Source of the DNA: Treponema sp.
Lineage (GTDB): Bacteria; Spirochaetota; Spirochaetia; Treponematales; Treponemataceae
Direction: 5' to 3'
Length of the DNA: 64,000 nt
Assembly (NCBI GenBank): GCA_017464425.1
Contig: JAFUDX010000012.1
Coordinates: forward strand, 139,861 to 203,860
The notes under the pieces: model-generated
The model's input: the letters and a program-made list of their open reading frames with translations, nothing else
Databases searched by the model: none
What the model was told of the DNA's origin: nothing
Part shown: positions 56,084 through 64,000 of the stretch, in pieces
Position numbering within the stretch: position 1 is the first letter of the stretch
How the letters are laid out: every line of letters starts with the position of its first letter
Translations under genes and position numbers: made by a program

Positions 56084-57914
56084 AGAAAAAAATGGCGAAG
56101 AATCGGCATTGTCTGTGTTCTTCGGTTCAATAGTAAAATTCATCTCAAAAAACTGGCAGTATATCCTTGCTTTCTTCCTTACATTCATCGTCGCTACGGC
56201 AATCGTGTGGTATGATGCCAACACTGCAGAAACAATGGCTTCGTTTGCCATCGATGAATACGAAGTCGGTCAGATTGCAGACAAAACGATTTATGCCACC
56301 AAGTCGCTTCCCGAAGATGTGCAGTACCCGGTCGCAATCGAAAAGGGCGAAAAGGTAATCCGAAAGGGCTTTCCTATCACCGAAGAAGAATACTTTAAAT
56401 TGCAGAAAATGGCAGATTCGCCTGTCTATGTTGATTACCGTGCGTTCTGCGACAAAATCCTTTACCTCATTCTCGTCGCAGTTCTTTGGATTGTGCTGTT
56501 TAATCCTGTCTTGCTCAAACGAAAGGCTGAGGTCAAAGAAGTCATCTTGGAGTGTGTGCTTTTTGTAATCGTGTTTTTCTCCACATCTTTTGGCATGAAG
56601 AATGCGATTTTCCAAAATCCATTTGCGCTTCCTGTTATGATTCCGTCCGTTTTTTCGGCTTTTTTGGTGGCAATTCTTTTCGGTCAGACTTCGGCTTTGT
56701 TTTTTTCAATCCTGCTTTCACTCGGAGTGCTCGGCGCGTCTTATCTTGGGGGAACTTCTTCTCTTTCTGAACTTTCTGCGCGTGTCGTTCCGTCCTTGTA
56801 TACGCTTGCCGTTTGCGTTTCGTCTTCCCGCATCGTTATGAAAATCGAGCGGCGAATTGACATGGTTTTTGCTTCTTTAATGCAGGCTGTGCTGAATGTG
56901 GTTTTCCTTGTGTTCCTTAAAGTCATGTTCAACGCAGATTTCAATGACGGCGTTTTTGTTTTGCCGGGCGTTGCGTTTAACGGCTTCCTTTCGGGAATCT
57001 TGGTTTTGGGCTTCCTCACCCCGCTTGAATCAATCATGAACACGGCTTCCGTTTTCCGTCTTATGGATTTGAGCGACCAGAATGCGCCAGTCTTACGAAA
57101 ACTGCTCCTTACGGCGAGTGGAACGCATCAGCACTGTATGATGGTCGCCCAGCTTGCCGAAAATGCCTGCAAAGAAATCGGGGCAAACGCGCTTCTTGCC
57201 CGTGTCGGCGCGTATTACCACGACATTGGCAAAATGGAGCACCCCGAATACTTTACCGAGAACAACATCGACACGGCGAACAAGCACACTGACTTGAACC
57301 CCTCGCTTTCCGTTTCTGTAATCAAAAGCCATGTAAAACTGGGCGTTGAAAAGGCATATCAACTCCGCCTTCCCAAGCAGATTATCGACATTATTGCCGA
57401 GCATCACGGAAATTCGCTCATCACGTATTTTTACAAGAAGGCAAAAGAGCGCGATGAAAACGTTAATCCAGAAGATTACTCATATTTGGGTAATCCGCCC
57501 GCCTCAAAAGAAAGCGCAGTCGTTATGCTTGCAGATGTGTGCGAGGCGGCGTGCAAGTCGCTTGAAAAACCGACTGCCCAGCGGCTCGAAAAATTCATCC
57601 AAGAGCTTATCAATGCTAAAATCGAAAGCGGTCAGCTTGACAATTCTGCGCTTACATTCGGCGAACTTACCAAAATCCGAGACACATTCGTGCGAATCTT
57701 GGCGGCATACTACCACGGCAGAATCAAATATCAGAATCAGCGCGACCCCGATGCCACGGGCGATACTGAGTCCGAAAAGGACAAGTCGTTTACGAGCGAA
57801 AACGGCGGCAAGGATAAATCTTTTTCTTCTGAAGCAAAGGCAGAGAAAGACAAGTCAAAGTCTTCTGAAATAAAAGCAGAATCAGCGGATTCAGAAAAAT
57901 CGGAGAAAAAGTAA
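56076..57914 (+). CDS. 7TM-HD membrane phosphohydrolase (PgpH/YqfF family, c-di-AMP phosphodiesterase-like)
   Basis: Extracellular N-terminal domain, seven TM helices, and an HD domain with 'HQHCMMVAQLA', 'AYYHDIGK' and 'IAEHHG'. The C-terminal tail is Lys/Ser/Glu-rich. Confidence 0.8.
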
Positions 57915-58405
57915 TGGCGAACCGCATTTTGATTTCCGTGCAAGAAGATTTTTCTGCTCCCGATTGGTTTAATGAATCCAAAATCGAAGCCTATGTGCAG
58001 TCCGTCCTTCAAAAATTGGGCTACGATGGCGAAGAAATTTCAATTCTGTTTTGCAACGACGAGTACATTCAAGAATTGAACAAAAATTACCGCCAGATTG
58101 ACAGCGCGACGGACATCCTTTCGTTTGAAAACGGAGAAGTCTACACCGACGAAGAAAGTGAGTGGCTGAGCGCGGGCGACATTGCCATTTCGCTTGACAC
58201 GCTCCCCAAAAACGCCGACTATTTTAAGGTGAGCGAAAACGAGGAGTTGAAGCGGCTTCTGATTCACGGCGTGCTTCATTTGAACGGCTACGACCACGGT
58301 GAAGCCCACATCGAGTCAGGCGTTGCACCGAGCGATGAAATGCTTGTCTTGCAGGAAAAAACGCTTAAGGATTTCAAGGATATTATTCTGATAAATGAAA
58401 AATAA
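57914..58405 (+). CDS. ybeY: rRNA maturation endoribonuclease YbeY
   Basis: Zinc motif 'HGVLHLNGYDH'. There is a 1-nt overlap (TAATG) with the upstream gene. Confidence 0.9.
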   Translation: MANRILISVQEDFSAPDWFNESKIEAYVQSVLQKLGYDGEEISILFCNDEYIQELNKNYRQIDSATDILSFENGEVYTDEESEWLSAGDIAISLDTLPKNADYFKVSENEELKRLLIHGVLHLNGYDHGEAHIESGVAPSDEMLVLQEKTLKDFKDIILINEK

Positions 58406-58417
58406 AAAATGTCACAC

Positions 58418-58512
58418 GGATTCGGAATTGCTACGCAATTCCAGTTAAAAAATAATTTAAAGAGATTCTGTAGGAATCTCGAATCCAAAAAGGCACGATA
58501 ACGAAAGTGCCT
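58418..58512 (+). other. Structured intergenic segment: outer helix GGATTC/GAATCC enclosing two hairpins, followed by a third hairpin
   Basis: Hairpins are GGAATTGC-tac-GCAATTCC (58424-58442), GAGATTC-tgtag-GAATCTC (58462-58480) and AGGCAC-N10-GTGCCT (58491-58512). The outer pairing is 58418-58423 with 58481-58486. Confidence 0.4.
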
Positions 58513-58541
58513 TGTGTGGCAAAAAAATAAAAGGAAACAGT

Positions 58542-59363
58542 ATGGGACTATTTAAGTTTGGTAAAAAGAAAGACGAGGACTATCACTCCAGTAACGCCGC
58601 CAAGTCGGAAAAGGCTTCTGATTTGGATCGGGCACAAGAAGAAATTCTCATTGAAGAGAAAAAGGACATGATTAAGGGCATCGAGGACTTGTCCGAAACG
58701 ACCGTCAAGGAAGTTATGATTCCTCGAATTGATGTCGATTTTATTTCAATCGACACGAGCGAAGAAGAATTGCTCGAAAAAATTGCCGCAAGCGGGCATT
58801 CGCGCTTCCCAGTCTACAGTGAGTCAATCGACAATGTAACGGGAATCCTCTATGTAAAGGACATTCTCAAAGCATTCAGCAAAAAAGAAAAAGTCGATTT
58901 GCAGAAAATCACAAAAAAAGCATATTTTGTTCCAGAGTCCAAAAAAATCGATGGGCTTTTGCGTGAATTCAAACGCCGCCACCAGCACATTGCGATTGCG
59001 ATTGACGAATACGGCGGAATCTCAGGCATTGTCTGTATGGAAGACATCATCGAGGAAATCGTCGGCGACATTCAGGACGAGTTCGACAACGAAAAGGAAG
59101 ACATCGTGTCTCTTGGCGAGAATGTGTGGCTCTGCGACGCGCGAGTTGATTTGGACGATTTGAACGAAACGCTCTCGTCATCGTTCCCCACCGAAGATTT
59201 TGACACGCTCGGCGGCTTTGTGCTCGATTTGTTCGGGCGCATTCCTGTCAAATACGAAAAAATTGACTACGAGAATTTTGACTTTATCGTGCAGGACATG
59301 GAAGGACACCGCGTGAATCTTATAAAAGTGATTAAAAAGCCAGTGGAAATCACCGATAATTGA
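58542..59363 (+). CDS. corC: CBS-pair + CorC/HlyC C-terminal domain protein (CorC-like Mg/Co efflux-associated)
   Basis: 'TVKEVMIPRIDV', 'DEYGGISGIVCMEDIIEEIVGDIQDEFD' and the C-terminal transporter-associated domain. The start was taken at 'MGLFKF'. Confidence 0.8.
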   Translation: MGLFKFGKKKDEDYHSSNAAKSEKASDLDRAQEEILIEEKKDMIKGIEDLSETTVKEVMIPRIDVDFISIDTSEEELLEKIAASGHSRFPVYSESIDNVTGILYVKDILKAFSKKEKVDLQKITKKAYFVPESKKIDGLLREFKRRHQHIAIAIDEYGGISGIVCMEDIIEEIVGDIQDEFDNEKEDIVSLGENVWLCDARVDLDDLNETLSSSFPTEDFDTLGGFVLDLFGRIPVKYEKIDYENFDFIVQDMEGHRVNLIKVIKKPVEITDN

Positions 59364-59369
59364 AAAGAT

Positions 59370-61517
59370 ATGAAGTCGATTCGAAAATGGTCAGTAATTC
59401 TTATTTTTTCTCTTTCTGTTTCTGCGTTTTCTCAGAATAGCAGTGCGCTTTCGCTTTTTGAGCGCGGGGTGCAAAAGCAAAATATTGAAGATTATTACGG
59501 GGCGAGCGAGGATTTTCAGCAAGCCTTGCAGGTAAACAAATCTTACGGCGAGGCGTGGTTTCATCTCGCGCAGGTGACTTACGCGCTCGGAGATTATTCG
59601 CTCGCGCTCACTTACCTTGAAGAAGCCGATTCCTACGCGAAAAACCGCACTGACATTCAGAATTTAAAAGGGCTTATTTTGATTGCGCTCGGTCGCCTTG
59701 ACGAGGCGCGCACGGTGTTCACCGACATCCTCAAAAAATATCCGAATGACATTGATTCTCGCTTCGGCTTGGCTGAACTTGATTTGTTCACAGGAAGTTT
59801 TATCGGCGCAAAAAATCAATATGAAGACGCTTTAAAGCGGCAGGGAAACAACCGCAAGGCTCTGCTTTCGCTTGCATTAATCAGCGAGGAGTTGGGCAAT
59901 CACGACACGGCGCGAAAATACATAGAGCAGGCGTTGCGCTACCATTCAGGTGAGGCGGAAGTTCATTATCTGGCAGCCTATTTGGAAGCGAAGCAGCAGA
60001 AATTTGCGAATGCAGAAAAGCGCGTTCGTGCGGCATTGCAGATAAATCCTGAATATACAAAGGCTTATATTCTCCTTTCTTCTATACTTTATGTTCAAAA
60101 AAAATATGATGATGTGATTGATTTGTGTGACTTTTTGATTGAGCGAAACCGCGAGACGACTGAGGCGTGGTATTTAAAAGGCTTGGCCCAAAACAGGAAA
60201 GGCGAGTGGAAAAACGCAATCGACATATGGACGACTGCCCTTGCCATCAATCCGTATGATGAGGTTATGCGGGCGGGGGTTGAAATCCTTGTCACAAAAA
60301 ATCTTCCCGTTGAAGACGAGACACGGGCGTTGTACGCGAATTACCATGTGCAAAAGGCGCGTGAATTCTCAAAATCATTCTTTGGCGAAGAAGCACGCTA
60401 CGAATATCAGCGGGCATTAAAAATCAATCCGTATGATGATAAGGCTCGTTCTGAATTTGCAGAAAATCTTGGGCGCACGGGCTTGAATGAAAATTACTTG
60501 AATCAGCTCAAATTCATCAAGCAGAATGAAGCAATTGCGGAAGAAGCAAAAAAGGCAGCGGGCGAGTCGTCTGAAGCCAAAAAAACGCTGACCCGTGAGC
60601 AAAAAATCGTAAATGACACCATTGAAGCGTATGAATCGCTGATGAAATATTCTCTTGCGGCAAAATGGAATGTTGACCCGTTTTATCTCGACAAAACGCG
60701 CTGGCATGTCGGCTTGTATTACACAAAATCGCCTGCACAACTGCTTCATTGCGATGCGGAAGAAATTGCGGCTTCAATGTGCGCAGAGTCGTTCAGCGGA
60801 ATTGCCTCCACCGCCGTTGATTTGCAGAATCAGCCTGTTTCGGGCTATGGCGAGGCATATCGCTTGGCTCGCAAAAACAACCTTGATTACTTCGTGCTTC
60901 TTTCCCTCGACGAAAGCGAGCGTGAAATCACATTGAGCGCGGTCGTGTATTCGGCACGCACGGGCACTGAAACCAAAAAATTCTCTTCGTTCCGCACAGG
61001 AAATGACAAATTTTCTTCGGCTCTCCGCGCATTCCGCCGTGAACTTTTGGATATTCTTCCTGTTCGTGGCAAAATTATTCAGCGAAGCGTAAATGAAATC
61101 CTTGTCGATTTGGGTACGGTCGAAGGCATGAAGAAAGATGTCGTGCTCGATGTCATCAAAGAAGGCAAAATCGTCACGAAAGACAAGGGCTTGGGCGTTA
61201 CCTACGAGGATAAAAATCTCTTGGGAACGATAAAAATCACGCGCTCAGGCGAGGAAATTTCTCAGGGAACGCTTGAACAGAGCGGATTCTATGACCGCGT
61301 GAATGTGGGCGATGAAGTGCTTGTAAAATTCCGCCCCGATGAAAAATCTGCCGAAGATGCCCAGATTGCCGATAATTCTCCTGCCGCGGGCGAAAATGGC
61401 GAGCGAATCCTGCCCGAAGACGAAAATGCCAAAAAACAGAAAAAACTTGACGCGCGTGAGATGGGCTTAATCAAAACGCCAGTGATTATTCAGTTGATTC
61501 GCGGTCTTAAAAATTAA
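59370..61517 (+). CDS. Secreted TPR-repeat protein
   Basis: Signal peptide 'ILIFSLSVSAFSQ' with multiple TPR units in the N-terminal half. The C-terminal half is of unknown function. Confidence 0.7.
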   Translation: MKSIRKWSVILIFSLSVSAFSQNSSALSLFERGVQKQNIEDYYGASEDFQQALQVNKSYGEAWFHLAQVTYALGDYSLALTYLEEADSYAKNRTDIQNLKGLILIALGRLDEARTVFTDILKKYPNDIDSRFGLAELDLFTGSFIGAKNQYEDALKRQGNNRKALLSLALISEELGNHDTARKYIEQALRYHSGEAEVHYLAAYLEAKQQKFANAEKRVRAALQINPEYTKAYILLSSILYVQKKYDDVIDLCDFLIERNRETTEAWYLKGLAQNRKGEWKNAIDIWTTALAINPYDEVMRAGVEILVTKNLPVEDETRALYANYHVQKAREFSKSFFGEEARYEYQRALKINPYDDKARSEFAENLGRTGLNENYLNQLKFIKQNEAIAEEAKKAAGESSEAKKTLTREQKIVNDTIEAYESLMKYSLAAKWNVDPFYLDKTRWHVGLYYTKSPAQLLHCDAEEIAASMCAESFSGIASTAVDLQNQPVSGYGEAYRLARKNNLDYFVLLSLDESEREITLSAVVYSARTGTETKKFSSFRTGNDKFSSALRAFRRELLDILPVRGKIIQRSVNEILVDLGTVEGMKKDVVLDVIKEGKIVTKDKGLGVTYEDKNLLGTIKITRSGEEISQGTLEQSGFYDRVNVGDEVLVKFRPDEKSAEDAQIADNSPAAGENGERILPEDENAKKQKKLDAREMGLIKTPVIIQLIRGLKN

Positions 61518-61609
61518 GAAGAGGGCGAATCGAAAATAACGCGCATAAAATATTAAAATAGCATTGAATAAGTATTGAAGTAATCTTTAGTTCGTGATAT
61601 GCTAGAAAA

Positions 61610-63448
61610 ATGAAACGAATATTTTTGCTGCTTTCTTGTGTGTTTCTTTTCCTTTCATTTGGTTGTAAACATCCAGATGAGTCAGATCCTAATGATTGGG
61701 TAACAAAAAGCGATTGGCTCTTTTTGTTTTATTTTGATGCGGATAACAACCTGAACGACGAAATCTATGCCAATATGCGTCAGGCAGAATATGCGCTCTC
61801 TCTTTTGCGAAATCCAGACGGCACTGCAAAAGAAGGCTGCCCCACCGTTACGATGGTTGCCTTGTGGGATGGCGAAAGCAAAACTGATGCGCAGGAGTAT
61901 GGAAACCGCTATCTTCATCCAGCGGGAGCGGTCTATGAGCTGGGTGCCGATTACGATTTGGATTATTATGTTGATGAAGACAACAAATTCCAAGCGGGCA
62001 TCGTCTATGATAAAAAATTATTCAATCCCGACAGTCTTGATTCATTTTCAGAGTCTGATTTCTTTTCAAACTTTGATTTGTTTGCGACTCCTGCCTTGTT
62101 TGGGGATAAATTCAAAGTCGGTGCGAATACGATAGACCGAACTGAGCTTGCTTCATGGCTTATATCTGAGCCAAAAATGGGAGATGTTTCAACGCTTACG
62201 AATTTTCTTACATGGGCGAAATCTCATTATTCGGCAACGCATGTCGTTCTTTGCCTGGGCGATCACGGCGCGGGAACGGGAAAGGAGCAGTACACGAACA
62301 CGAGTGCTTCCGCGCGAACGCTCTGTGCTGATGATTCTTCACTAGATTCAGAGCGGATGCTTTCTACAAAGAATATTCGTGATGCGCTGACCAAAAGCGG
62401 CTACACGGGAGCTTGCGCACTTGATCTTTTGTGGATGGATGTGTGCTTGCAGTCAACCGTAGAAATTGCGTATGATTTACGAGGAACGGCTTCGTACTTG
62501 CTTGCTTCACCCAATTTGAGCGTGAGCCAAGAATATTCTCATGCGTTCAAAAATCTTACCACTGAAACAACGCCTTTAGACTTCGGAAAAATCATGGTGA
62601 GTAACTATTATCATGCGAATTATGCAGAGACGATGCCCTTTGACGATGATTTACCAAAAACATCGGGAGGTTCGCTTTTTACGCAGACGCTCATCGATTT
62701 GGATTCTGCAAAACTTGAAGCTGTCAAGTCGGCAGTGGATGACCTTGCAGACGCGCTTCTTTCACTCAAAGAAACGGACGCAGACAGATTCAACAGTGTG
62801 TACGAGATTTTGCTTTCTCAGAATACGCTGGATTTTTCTGAGTGTACGGGACTTTCTTATGCGGGAACATATGCGATTCTAAGTGACATCGGCTATTTTA
62901 CAGACGGCATTCTTTCACAGTTCTCTGACCAGACGGGCGTATGTGAAGCGGCGCGGTCTTTGCAAACGGCATTGGATACGAGTCAGAACGGAGCGATTGT
63001 GTATGCGTACGGAAGTCGCCGCGCTCTTTCTGTGGATGGCAGCGATGTTACTGAAAACCAAATGTATATGACGGGAAAAACAGACTTCCTTACAAACGAG
63101 ACGGTGGAAACGGAACTTTCTGCCTCATATTACGGACTCACGATTGAAACACAAAATGCGGAAAGCGAAGAATCCGTTATGGCAATGATTGCCATGTATA
63201 TAAAAGAACTGACGGATGAGGAGCCGACTTCGACAACTTTTGACGGACTGTGCGAGGAATTTAAGAATGCGTTGGTTGTTTCGGGATATTGTTCAGACAA
63301 GGAGGCTGTTCTTCTTATCGCAGAGTTGAAAAATCAACTGGGTGCCATCGATTATGTCTCTCACTACGAAGATTACACGGGATTCTCTGACAAGTGGGCG
63401 AGCGTTATTGCCGCATGGTATGTCGCGTCTCAATCTGAATCGGAGTAA
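61610..63448 (+). CDS. Lipoprotein, clostripain-family (C11) cysteine peptidase-like
   Basis: Lipobox 'FLSFGCKH'. C11 landmarks are 'LFYFDADNNLNDE', 'VVLCLGDHGAGT' (His) and 'LLWMDVCLQSTVE' (Cys). Confidence 0.7.
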   Translation: MKRIFLLLSCVFLFLSFGCKHPDESDPNDWVTKSDWLFLFYFDADNNLNDEIYANMRQAEYALSLLRNPDGTAKEGCPTVTMVALWDGESKTDAQEYGNRYLHPAGAVYELGADYDLDYYVDEDNKFQAGIVYDKKLFNPDSLDSFSESDFFSNFDLFATPALFGDKFKVGANTIDRTELASWLISEPKMGDVSTLTNFLTWAKSHYSATHVVLCLGDHGAGTGKEQYTNTSASARTLCADDSSLDSERMLSTKNIRDALTKSGYTGACALDLLWMDVCLQSTVEIAYDLRGTASYLLASPNLSVSQEYSHAFKNLTTETTPLDFGKIMVSNYYHANYAETMPFDDDLPKTSGGSLFTQTLIDLDSAKLEAVKSAVDDLADALLSLKETDADRFNSVYEILLSQNTLDFSECTGLSYAGTYAILSDIGYFTDGILSQFSDQTGVCEAARSLQTALDTSQNGAIVYAYGSRRALSVDGSDVTENQMYMTGKTDFLTNETVETELSASYYGLTIETQNAESEESVMAMIAMYIKELTDEEPTSTTFDGLCEEFKNALVVSGYCSDKEAVLLIAELKNQLGAIDYVSHYEDYTGFSDKWASVIAAWYVASQSESE

Positions 63449-63455
63449 TGAATTC

Positions 63456-63818
63456 ATGAAAAAAGGACTTTTGATTGGTGTGACGAGCGTGGTTCTCTCG
63501 TTTTTATGCCTGTGCATGTCCTGTGCATCTGCAAAATCACAAAATACGGGAAGCTCGGTCGTACAGAATAGTATTCCGCTTGTTGCTTCAGGAGTGCTAA
63601 GACAAACCGAAGACGGTGGCTTTGTTCTGGTGGCAGGGGAGCGCACAAAAAATCGTGTGACATATGCGCTTCGCCCGTCTGCAGAAAAACAAGAGGTTTA
63701 TGACTCGCTTTCAGATTTTGTTGGCGCGCATGTTACGGTTACAGGCGTTGTTCATGAACGAAAAAGCCGGTGGGCGTTTGTGGTGGAAGTGGTGTCCGTG
63801 ACTTCGTTGGCAGAATAA
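63456..63818 (+). CDS. Small secreted/lipoprotein of unknown function
   Basis: 'MKKGLLIGVTSVVLSFLCLCMSCASA' is a signal/lipobox-like N-terminus. The longer ORF extension overlaps the upstream gene. Confidence 0.55.
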   Translation: MKKGLLIGVTSVVLSFLCLCMSCASAKSQNTGSSVVQNSIPLVASGVLRQTEDGGFVLVAGERTKNRVTYALRPSAEKQEVYDSLSDFVGAHVTVTGVVHERKSRWAFVVEVVSVTSLAE

Positions 63819-64000
63819 AATCAAGGAAATAGTGAATAGTCTTAATTATCCATTGAAAAATTTCAAAAAACGCATTATTCTATAAGGAAAGACTGAAACG
63901 GTGTCTTTACGGAAATGACTAATTGTGGCTAATGAGTCGGGGCGTTTCGCCTGTTTTCCTTCAGATGTCCGTTCCTTTCAAATTATTTCTCTTTAAAGGA

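Noticed and set aside
58418-58486. A 69-nt cloverleaf-like segment with a terminal helix and the sequence 'TCGAATCC' looked superficially like a tRNA.
   Set aside because: The arm lengths and loops do not fit tRNA geometry: there is an 8-bp stem with a 3-nt loop, no anticodon arm and no T-loop context.
63819-64000. A 180-nt non-coding tail with a small hairpin (AAGAC..GTCTT) might be a riboswitch or leader.
   Set aside because: I recognise no known consensus, and the downstream gene lies outside the window.

Overview
The window is chromosomal DNA whose gene content looks like a host-associated spirochaete (Treponema-like). That taxon call is weak and rests only on gene content. All calls come from reading the ORF translations and the DNA by eye, and no searches were run.

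Layout:
- 1-7.3 kb, housekeeping: ABC-F fragment, TatD, rlmN, TPR protein, dCMP deaminase, thrC.
- 7.3-22.0 kb, a galactan/galacto-oligosaccharide utilisation locus. It holds a LacI regulator with three copies of a 12-bp operator-like motif, a CUT1 ABC binding protein with two permeases, a GH35 beta-galactosidase, two GH53 endo-galactanases, a putative outer-membrane protein and two lipoproteins.
- 22.1-24.7 kb: DEAH-box helicase.
- 24.7-51.7 kb, an accessory block of two co-directional operons that start with near-identical promoter-like sequences.
  - Operon 1 (25.3-32.5 kb) is visibly AT-rich. It encodes three large lipoproteins, then a small lipoprotein and a radical SAM/SPASM enzyme.
  - Operon 2 (32.6-51.7 kb) packs 12 genes with almost no spacers: a PrsW-like membrane protein, an S1 protease, a membrane Rossmann/RyR-like protein translationally coupled to a TIR-TM-repeat protein, a PPC-domain protein, two signal-peptide-bearing TPR-CHAT proteases, a second lipoprotein + radical SAM/SPASM pair, a MotA/ExbB-like protein and a transglutaminase-like protease.
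  - Operon 2 is my best candidate for an undescribed envelope-linked conflict or signalling system.
- 51.7-64 kb, housekeeping again: orphan BMP-type permease, purF, SDR, phoH-pgpH-ybeY-corC, TPR protein, C11 clostripain-like lipoprotein.

Several families of short intergenic repeats recur: CACAGAG hairpins, CACAGAT arrays and 7-nt periodic purine tracts. I saw no rRNA, tRNA, CRISPR array, integrase or transposase.
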